From assembly GCA_964035545.1 (NCBI GenBank), contig CAXIUT010000060.1, positions 1-45,769 of the forward strand: DNA of 45,769 nucleotides. The letters run 5' to 3'. The notes below the pieces were generated by a model. It was not told the DNA's origin. It ran no database searches and saw only the letters and a program-made list of their open reading frames with translations. Source of the DNA: Bugula neritina. Its lineage: Eukaryota; Animalia; Bryozoa. The first letter of the stretch is position 1, and every line of letters starts with the position of its first letter. This document shows, piece after piece, positions 13,776 through 23,593 of this stretch. Position numbers and translations under genes: made by a program.

Positions 13776-15773
13776 TCATGATTTAACTATCTTCACTAAT
13801 TTTGATTTATTCCATATTCCTTCAACTATTCCTTCTGCACTATAAAACCTACCCATCCCATCAACTTCATCTCCTCTAAATTAACCCTAAAAAATCTACC
13901 CGCTATATAATTTAACCTTTCCCCGCCCCTACATCTGATCATCAACCAAATCGCCTTCATACCACTCGCAATACTTAAAAAATTAATCAAAATTCTTATA
14001 GTCAAAATTCTCATTCAATACAACCAAATCGTCATTGTAAACTTTACCCCTACCATTAAACATGTCATCCACCCACTCACCTTCATACGCCAACTTATTA
14101 CTAGAATAAAACAACCTCCCAAATCCATTCATTTTGTTGTCCCTCCACTCACCCTAGTAGTATCCTCCGTCATTATAATACAGCTTGCCTTGTCCGTTTC
14201 GCATTCCTTTTGATTTGTAGCCTTCGTAACGACCTTCTGTATCGTAGTTTTAGATCACAAATTCACTGTTTTTGTTCTAGATTTTTCTTATTGTCTAGGG
14301 CTGCTGTCCATTAACTTCTTATATTGATGAGTTTTGTTTTATATTTACAGGTTTAGAACTTGATGCTCTGCTTTTTTATTGTAAATGGTTATTTTTTTGA
14401 GGTTATATTGACTTTATATCTCCTTTATTCACTATTTTCTACATAGTTATCATAGAATTGTTTCTCATTACATTGAATTCTTCTCTTTTGCTCATTTGTA
14501 TATTCAAAGGCTTTTCTCTATACTATATTTTAACATTTTGCTTTACAGGTCTCTCTTAATATCCATTATTATTCATTCTGGGAGTTCCTTTCGGGATATG
14601 AGTTGATTCTATTCCATTTTTCAAATGATTTCCCTGATAAATATTCTTTTATCTTTATTATTTCTCCTGACTATATCTCTTTATTTACTTTCCCATTCCA
14701 TAAGACTCACCAATTGCTATGGGATTCTTACTTCTATCTTGACTTTCTGATCGATTAAAAGTAATATTAGGTCTATTTGATTTCTGCATCGAAATAGGAT
14801 TCATTGATGAAGTTCTAACTTAGGTCAATATTTGAGATTGAAGTATTCTTGGAGATTACAAAGGAGGAAATCTATTATTATTATTTTGTAGTTAGCTATT
14901 TGGTTATATGAAATTACTTTGTTACAATACTGGTTCTAGAAAATGTTTTTATCTATTTTATATTCCCCAAATCCGATAAATTTATTTTCTTTTATGAGGC
15001 TACCTACTAAATAAAATCTATATTCCTTTTCTCAACTTTTAATCTCTTATTTCTTTCACTCTTTGCCCCAGTTATCCCCAAAATATTTATTTCTTTCTAT
15101 AAACTCTATCAGCAAACTACAATCTCTTCAACTAAAGACTAATTACTCCCACACTCCATAAATTTGATAAATATTAATCATAATACTACGTTTCTGTTGA
15201 TAATAAAGAATGCAATTTCTATGGAGATGGGTAGCTTTGGATTATTTTTTGAAAGTTATCGATGTTCTAACCCTACTCGTTCAAAGACAACAATGGATCC
15301 TTCAAGTATATCCTCTTTGTTGACAAATCTAAAGCTAAATTTTCAACAGTCACTGAAATAAAATTCCTCTCAAATCTATTTTTGTACTCCTTCAGACCAC
15401 TCAAATAGCACTATATTATATTCCTGATCTCTTCTTCGCGAAATGGTCTTCCAAAGAACCTGCGTTTGACTATTTACTCTCTGAGGGAGTAATTGTTTTC
15501 TCCTTCAAAGATAAAATAGTGTAATTTTTACTGAGAACAGTAGCTGTTTCCCTCTGTCTTGTAGTAGCCTTTCAGTTTAGAGATAGACTAGCACTTAGAA
15601 CGTTTGTACTCGGACTCAATGCCATCAATGTGATCAGAGTTTTGGGAAGAGTTAGTGGTCATTTTGTGAAGAGTGCATAACTAGTTGGAACGACGATGCA
15701 GTACGAACGATTTGGAGTAGAGTTGGTACTAGGAGTGAAGAGTCTAAGAAGTTTATGGAGAAGACAAACCCAT
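13776..15773 (-). CDS. Pseudokinase domain + C-terminal MORN repeats, about 665 aa
   Basis: Kinase C-lobe motifs YPSPE and SNLWSVGVISLEL, with no recognisable GxGxxG, HRD or DFG. C-terminus has YEGYKSKGMRNGQG, YEGEWRDNKMNGFG, YEGEWVDDMFNGRG and FEGEFRGDEVDGMG. Confidence 0.88.
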
Positions 15774-15942
15774 CAATTGTTATTATTTATTTATATTAAA
15801 TACCATGCTATTATTTGATTAAGTATTTTTCAATTAAGTAAAATGATAAAAGTAAAGTATTTGATCATTGAAATGAGTTAATACTTTTGATAAGATTAAA
15901 TAAGATAAATTAATAGTTTAAAATTTACATTTAATCTGAAGA

Positions 15943-16521
15943 TCATTTTGAATGTTTTCCCCCTAAGAACATATCTTGGTAATAGATGATAAGAGCACGG
16001 CTATCACAAGGAATTGATTTTTCAATTAAAAACTGTTAAACTGTTTTATCTTTTATTTATTTATATAATACTTTTTTACCACAGATAATAATTCCAGTAT
16101 TTTACTTTACTTGACCTAAAAAGGATAAAAAATGAGGAGATTGAGAAAGAATATTTTCAAATTTTTAATTTTTAGAAACTTTAGCAACAGGATAAGATTT
16201 TCCTCCTTTAAAACTTACAATAGAAAAGTCAAAAACTTTATCAGCAGCAATTGTAGAACTAGTGGCTTTATAGTATTGAATAAGAGTAGTAAAAGGTCGA
16301 ATCTTCACTTGTCTAATACAATCACACTTACCACAATGAGCTGGATTAAGACAGTCTTCGCACAGAATATGTCCACAAGATAATAGCACAATCTTTTTCT
16401 TCTATTTCAATATAGATTCCTTACACATAGAACAAAATTGATAGTGAACTTCTTACTGCTAGAAATACTTCTTGTCTATGCCTTCACTAACCATCTTTTG
16501 GAAAAGAGCATCTTGACTCAT
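15943..16521 (-). CDS. C3HC4 RING finger + putative C-terminal ubiquitin-like domain ending LGG-KHSK (cassette 1), 192 aa
   Basis: CSMC...LLSCGHILCEDC...CGKC, then FDFSIVSF..VSKNEKFENIL..GIICGKKV..KTVEQFLI..ALIIYYQDMFLGGKHSK-TGA. The RING is clear; the UBL call is a pattern inference. Confidence 0.85.
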
Positions 16522-16692
16522 CTAATACTTTTATTTTATTAAAATATCAATTCTTCTTATTGATTTATTCCAGAAATACTTTTTTATTAAGATAATTTTT
16601 CCAATAAAAAATACTTTTTTTTTCACTTTTTTTATGATAAATTCTTACTCCTATAATTTATTATTAATATTTAATTTGGCATACTTTTTACA
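16522..16692. promoter_or_regulatory. Divergent promoter region of cassette 1 with 4 ATACTTTT motifs
   Basis: ATACTTTT at 16525, 16576, 16611 and 16681; also at 19503, 19526 and 19589 in cassette 2. Confidence 0.45.
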
Positions 16693-17517
16693 ATGGGAAT
16701 AATTTGTTATCAAAAAGAATAGCTGCAAATAATTCTGGATTAATAAAGAAAGCAAAATCTACAATTAGAAGGTTTGCCTAATGTTGGAAGAACATGTTAC
16801 CTAAACTCCGCTCTTCAACTCATATATTCAATGACAGTATTGAAATAAAAGATCAGAAATAAAAATGAAAAAACAAAAGAAAAGAACCAAAATATCACCC
16901 ATTTATTGATTGGAAATGTTTTCAAGTGTATTGATTAAGGAATGGCTTAATAAAAGAAACAATATCTCAACAAGTTAGCTCGTCACCTTCAAGAACTATT
17001 TAAAATAAAAATAAAAGAGAAGAATGATCTCTTAGATATCCTTATGAAGATTTTAAATCAACTAATTTCTTAAGACTAAACTATTAAATCTTACTTTACT
17101 CTTAAGTTTCAGCAACAATGCAAATGCCATACCTGGAATTTTGAATAAATGCTTATTACAACTCCTCAAATATGCTAAAAATGTTCATAGGAAATAAAAA
17201 TAATTGTAAAGGATTCAACTCCATATCTATTAGTTGATTCTAACCTGTCTGAAACCAAATAATTTCTAAAAAAAGATAAGTCAAAAGTACAATACAGACT
17301 CATATCCTACTCAACTTTTTCAAAAGAATATAACGGACACTATATCAGCTACAGAACGATAGATATTAATGAAGAGAAGAAGGTTAAGAAAACTTGGATA
17401 AAAATTAATGATAGCAATGTCACAATGATGCCTTATCATAGAAAAGATGATGATTCCCCTAAAATAGCAGTCTATCAAAGAGTTAGTATAGAAGATTAGA
17501 TGTTGAAGACCTTATGA
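16693..17517 (+). CDS. Miniature USP (peptidase C19) deubiquitinase-like protease 1, 274 aa
   Basis: Cys box GLPNVGRTCYLNSALQ; His box GHYISY..WIKINDS..IAVYQR; CxC..CxxC finger; N-terminus MGIIC. Confidence 0.9.
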
Positions 17518-17579
17518 CGATGATAGATATTTATAAGAAATTATCATATTATTTTATTTGACAAAAAAGTATAATATTT

Positions 17580-18170
17580 ATGGGAAATAAACAGTTGTCA
17601 TAACCAATATCAGATCCAAAAATGTAGGAATTCCTAAGGCAAATATTTTATTCAGGAGGATAGAAGACGAATCAATCTGTTTCTGATAACTCCTGCACTT
17701 TAGCTGCCAGAAGAGTTGCAAATGAGCTTAAAGAAATAAGCTAAAATCCTCCTATGAATTGGAAGGTTATCACCAATGGATAAAAATGGAACCGATGGGA
17801 TGTCTGGATCACAGCTGATGTAATTTACTTTTTAAGATAGTATTTTAGTCCTTTTCATGATATTCCATTCAAAGTTAATGTTGAATTTCCTTCCAATTAT
17901 CCTCATTAACCAGCTGAGATCAGAATAGACAAGCCTCATCTATTTTTTCACCCAAATATATCATCTTTTGGTAAAATTTGTGAAAAAACAGTCAATAGTT
18001 CTAGTCCCTCTATAAGAATAAGAGAAAAGCTTAATGCAGCTGTTGATGTTCTTTTGATTCCAAACCCTAATAGCGTATATAATGAAGATGCTGCATAACT
18101 ATATAAATAAGACCAAACTTCATATACCAGAAAAGCTGCCAGAATCTTTAGAGGAGTTTTGAAAAAATGA
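17580..18170 (+). CDS. Divergent ubiquitin-conjugating enzyme (E2) 1; probable 21-nt intron 17820-17840
   Basis: RRVANELKEI..NPP, FPSNYP, FFHPNISSFGKIC (HPN plus catalytic Cys), PNPNSVYNEDAA. Confidence 0.92.
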
Positions 18171-18232
18171 TTGTGACACATTTAATAGATTAAAAAACGT
18201 TATTCCTAACACCAATATATATTTATCAATTT

Positions 18233-18727
18233 TCATTGTTTTTAATACTGTTTCTAAAAATAAATCAATAAATATTAGTAAATATCAAATTATTTGAAAA
18301 AGTATTTTAACTATCTTTCTTATAGAACCTTTTAAAAACAAATATTTTTTATTCTATTTGTATGATACAGGACTAAAACTAGTTTATCTTTATTAAATGG
18401 TCTTCCAAAGAACCTGCGTTTGACTATTTACTATCTGAGGGAGTAATTGTTTTCTCCTTCGAAGATAAAATAGTGTAATTTTTACTGAGAACAGTAGCTG
18501 TTTCCCTCTGTCTTGTAGTAGCCTTTCAGTTTAGAGATAGACTAGCACTTAGAACGTTTGTACTCGGACTCAATGCCATCAATGTGATCAGAGTTTTGGG
18601 AAGAGTTAGTGGTCATTTTGTGAAGAGTGCATAACTAGTTGGAACGACGATGCAGTACGAACGATTTGGAGTAGAGTTGGTACTAGGAGTGAAGAGTCTA
18701 AGAAGTTTATGGAGAAGACGAACCCAT
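18233..18727 (-). pseudogene. Truncated duplicate of the pseudokinase-MORN 5' end
   Basis: 18395-18740 matches 15441-15786 with about 3 mismatches seen by eye, then runs into unrelated AT-rich sequence. Confidence 0.8.
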
Positions 18728-18835
18728 CAATTGTTATTATCTTATATCAATCACTTATTATCGATTTTCATTTTACTCATTAAATATTAAAATAAAGTTA
18801 AAGCATTTTGAATATTGAAATAATGGTGATGATAA

Positions 18836-19444
18836 TCATGAAGTCTATTTTGGGCCTCTATCTCTTTCATAGTAATAAATAGTTAAGAACTTATCAGAAT
18901 TAGTAGGGGAAGATATTAAATTTCTGATAATAAATTACTCAAGGGACATATTTTTGATATCACTATAATATTTATTTTTTCCAAAGATAATAATGCATGG
19001 TTAACCTTTAGTTTACTCCAAGAAGTTCATAAACTCAATAGATTTTTTTAGAATATTTTCAAAAACTTCATCTTTTGATACATTTGGAACAATTTTTGAT
19101 CTCCTAGCTTTTATATCCCATCTAGTAATAGAAACTTCGTAAAACTACTGTTCAGAAGCCCTAAAATATTCCAGAAGAGAAATAAAAGGATCCTTTTTAA
19201 TAGTACTTTTAGAACAAGAATTTAGAATTAAACCTATTCCACTACCAAATCCAGGACAACTAAACTTTCTTTAAATACATCTTTTACATAATATATGTCC
19301 ACATGTAAGAAGCACAGGTATAGTATCAGAATTATTAATTGATCCCTTACATATAGGACAAAATTAATAGAGTTCAACTGATTTAAAAGATTTTTCATCT
19401 AAACCTTCATCAATCATCTTTTGGAGAAGACTATCTTTACCCAT
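18836..19444 (-). CDS. RING finger + putative ubiquitin-like domain ending RDRGP-KETS (cassette 2), 202 aa
   Basis: CPIC...LLTCGHILCKRC..SCP; C-terminal VSKDEVFENIL..CIIIFGKNK..SLEEFII..FLTIYYERDRGPKETS-TGA; clear paralog of 15943-16521. Confidence 0.85.
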
Positions 19445-19604
19445 CAATACCTTCAACAAACTAATTATTATTACTATTTCTTGTTAATTTAACCAATTTA
19501 AAATACTTTTTTTTGACTTTAATTAATACTTTTTTTTTAACAAAATTATTATCACTATTTCTTATACATTTTTAATATAAGATTTATTATACTTTTTACT
19601 ATCA

Positions 19605-20447
19605 ATGTCAAGCTGTTGCTAATTTATCTACAAATGTCTGTTTTCTAGTTCTGAAAATGAAAACTAATCAAAAAATGAGAAACTAAACTTGACTAAAGAT
19701 TCTGGATTACCAAATATTGGAAATACATGCCACTTGAATTCTACCTTACAGCTCATCTACTCAATGAAGACCCTCAGATAAAAAATTCTCAATGAATTTA
19801 ACTATCAACTTACAACACATCAACTTATTAAAAATGTTTTTCAATATATGGACTTGGAAACACAAAATAAAAACAAAAATAACTCTATTAAAGAGAGTCA
19901 TCTTATTGTCTTGGAGAAACACTTATCAAAGTCATCAGGAGTTAATCTTAAATAGGCAAATGATTTGATTGATATTCTGTTGATGATTTTGGATAAACTA
20001 ATTTCTGAAGATAAAAAAGTCAGAAGCTACTTTAGATTGAAGTATAAAAAGAACTGTGATTGTGGTCTCTCCTGGAATTTTGATTAAATAGTTATAAGCA
20101 TTCCTGAATAATGCTAAAAATGTTAGAAAAAAATGGATCTAATAGTGGATGATTCTTCCCCTTATCTCCTAGTTTTTTCAAGCTCATAAGAAAAGTAAAA
20201 AAGAATCTATTTAAAAGATTAAAAAAACAAAAAAATTCTATTTTAAAACTTAAGTTTTGCCTGCTTTCAGGGAGATAAAAGATTTGGCCACTATATCAGC
20301 TACCGAATTGTTGATGGTTAATGGAAAAGGATAAGTGATAGCCAGGTTACAACTATCGATAAATACTAAGATATTCAAGATGAACCTAAAATTTTGATTT
20401 ACTAAAAGAAAGAATATTCTGTTAATCTGCCGAACAAAATGAAGTGA
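19605..20447 (+). CDS. Miniature USP (C19) protease 2, 280 aa
   Basis: GLPNIGNTCHLNSTLQ; FGHYISY..WKRISDSQV..ILIYEK; N-terminus MSSCC. Confidence 0.9.
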
Positions 20448-20506
20448 TGATCAAAATTCTATAAGAAATTCTTATATTATTTTTATTATAAAAAAAGTAT
20501 AATTTT

Positions 20507-21069
20507 ATGGGACCAAGCTTAGCTCAACAACTTACATAACATACCCAGTCTGCTCAGTCTACTCAGTTAACATCAACGTCGACTGTCTCCTCTTCTTTTG
20601 CAATAAAGAGGATATCAAACTAATTGAAAGAGATAAGAGATAATCCTCCAGTGAATTGGGAAGTTAGAACTAACAGCTAGAAATGGAATGAATGGACAGT
20701 TTGGGTTGCAGCATAAGTAAATTATTAATAAAATAGTATTTTACTCCTTTTTATGGAAAACCTATCAAAATAAACATTACTTTTCCTCAAAATTATCCTT
20801 TTTCTAAACCTATCATGAAAATAGATAAGCCTCATCTATTTTTTCATCCGAATATCTCAAGTTCAGGAGATATTTGTTAAAGATCGGCAATAAATAACGA
20901 CAATCCTTCTGTTACTATTCGCTAAAAAATAGGTGGAGTAGTAGAAATACTAATGTTTCCTAATCCTAAAAGTTCATTTAATTTGGAAGCAACAAAACTT
21001 ATTGAGAGGGATCCAAGATAATATAACCGAAAAGCTTATTAAATCTTTAATGAATTGAAGAAAAAATGA
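20507..21069 (+). CDS. Divergent E2 enzyme 2; 20-nt intron 20717-20736
   Basis: KRISNELKEIRDNPP, FPQNYPFSKP, FFHPNISSSGDIC, PNPKSSFN. Removing GTAAATTATTAATAAAATAG restores the frame. Confidence 0.92.
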
Positions 21070-21207
21070 TCCATAATCAAAATATTGAATCCTCAGTTAT
21101 TTTTCAAGATTAACATTTATAATTTTTACAAATATTATCTTTCTGATTATCTCAGACAAATAAATTCTATTTAAAAACAAAATAATTCATTTATCGTAAG
21201 ATCATTT

Positions 21208-22406
21208 TCAACATCTTATTTTTTCAACTGTGCTAATATTTTTCTTTTCTTAATTATCCCAAAAATAATCATAAAAACTTTCAATCTGCATTAAGAAAAA
21301 GATGACGACTTAGAAGGAATTAAATTTATTTCTTCCAAAATTTTTACATAATGAAATACCTCTTTTTTGGTGAGTTTATTTTTTATTTATATGAGAGTTT
21401 TATCTAATCAAAGGAAATCTATCCTTTTTTTTCATCTTTTCCTAGTTTCTAACTTTTATACTTTAGCTCTTTTACATTTATTAATTGCTTACTTTTTTAT
21501 ACAATAGTAATCTTGACTTTTTGGCCAACCTAAATTAAAAAAAACATACGAAGCATTATCATATTTTGAATATTGACTAAACTATCTCACTAGACTATCA
21601 TTTAAAATATACTTCTTTTAGTTTTCCACTCTTAGACAAGTATAATGACCATAATAACCAGTTCCATAGTACATGATAGAACTAACAAAACGATATTTAC
21701 TTTTCTGAACTTCTATAAAATCATCAATTTATTTCTATTCATTATTTGCAAACTGTATCATATATTATGGAAGTTTAAGATACTTTTTCTTGATTTTTTA
21801 TCCACATGATTCACATTATTGAGACGAACCAACATCATATAAAGATTCACTAATAAAACCATTGATAATACAGGGACACTTTAAACTTATCTACATATTG
21901 AATAGGTCCTTTATTGAATTTTCTGGTGACAAGTTCATTTCAATGTTGTCAATAAGATTTATCAAAATAGAAGAAGCATCATCAGGACTATATCTTTCAT
22001 AATAAGAGTTTATGCTTCTAAGATTTTTAACCATATGATCAAGGTAATACCTTTTTTAAGTATTTTTCTAATTTCTCTATTTGAGAAGATGAAAGATTTA
22101 ACCAAGTGTGTAGATAAAAGAACATTATTTACCATTGCTTTATCTCATTGTTTGAGCTTGTTTGATAATCCTCTATCTGAACTATTCTGCTCCATAAAGA
22201 AATTGAATAACACTGTTTAAGAAGCATGTATTACCTATATTAGGTAATCCTTAAGGAATTTTCTCTTAAAACTTATGTTATTTCTCTTAAAACTTATTTT
22301 ATTTTTCTTCTTCAGAAATCTTTGTATTAAAGCTATGGCAATAATATAAACGACCTAAAAAATAATAAGCTTTCGTAGAATACTTAGGACTTGGACTATC
22401 TTCCAT
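21208..22406 (-). CDS. USP (C19) protease 3, about 392 aa; 20-nt intron 21530-21549
   Basis: GLPNIGNTCFLNSVIQ; YGHYTC..ILNDS. Intron removal yields the expected SRLLLYKK terminal motif. Confidence 0.87.
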
Positions 22407-22681
22407 TATCACAATACTTAAATAATAAATATTTAGTAAGAATTATTATATTTAGATTTTATCAAAAATACTTATTTTTCTAGTTTTAACAAAATAAATA
22501 AAAATCTGATAAGAAATTATCATAAAGTTCAATATTAATCTTTTAGTTTAGTTTTAAGCTAAAAATTTACTATCTATCATCATTGATAAAAAATAAAATT
22601 TCCATCTTTCTTCTGAAGATAAAAATAATTAAAGTTGTTTATAAAGTTATTTATAAATACTAAAACTATTATCTATTTAAA

Positions 22682-23424
22682 TCAAATAAATTTAAGACTA
22701 TGACCTGATCTAGGTTATTAATCTTGCTTCATAATGCTTTAGGCTTGATATCTTTCCTTGTACGTGGTGTGAAAATTAAAATTTATCAACTCAAGTAGTC
22801 CCCACTAGATACTTGTTCCTATATTATTGAATACAAAGTAGTTATGATCCTTGCAATACTTATTCAAAATATTCCAAGTTCCTCTAATAATTTTTCTACG
22901 TTGAGATTGGCTAGTATGCAAACGAATCTGCTTCATGATCTTGTCGAGCAAACAGATATAGATCACCTTGAACTCATAGCTATTTTATGAAATAATGGCT
23001 GATGAAAATCCATGTTCTATCTCAGAAAAAGATTGACAATGATCTTCAAGTTATAAATTTTGCTAAGAGATCATGTTTTAGATTGAAGGTATGTAATGAA
23101 GACTTTTTTATTTGTGAGCTTTGTTGATATTGAGAAAAGATATCAGTTGATTGGTAGGTTTTGCTTGATGAGGATGAGCTATTTCTCTGAGAAAAGCATG
23201 AAAATTTTTTGTGATGAGACAGCATCTACTTGAATGTGATAGTTTCTTCGATGTGTAAAGGCGATGGTAAGGAGTGATGATTTTTCTTTTGTTGAGAATT
23301 GGTGATGAAGACGAGGGCATTAAATATGTGTTTATATCTTGATATATTGAGGGTTATTTGAAGCTTTTGGCGTTATTTGATAGAATCTATAAAAAATATA
23401 TCAAAAAAAACAAAGATAAAACAT
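22682..23424 (-). CDS. Hypothetical ~240-aa protein with a probable 25-nt intron after codon 4
   Basis: One frame is TGA-free for about 235 codons (..IIRGTWNILNKYCKDHNYFVF..); start inferred. Confidence 0.55.
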
Positions 23425-23534
23425 GATAAACTATGTTTAAATATTTAAAAAATTGATTAATTATTCATAATTATGATATTGTAGGGATAATTCTGATATT
23501 GATATATTCGACTATTTATGATTTGATAATTAAG

Positions 23535-23593
23535 TGGGGTTGGGGTTGGGGGTTGGGGTTGGGGTTGGGGTTGGGGTTGGGGTTGGGGTTGGG
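23535..23593. repeat. Internal telomeric (TTGGGG)n tract 1
   Basis: About 10 G4T2 units in right-end orientation. Confidence 0.97.
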
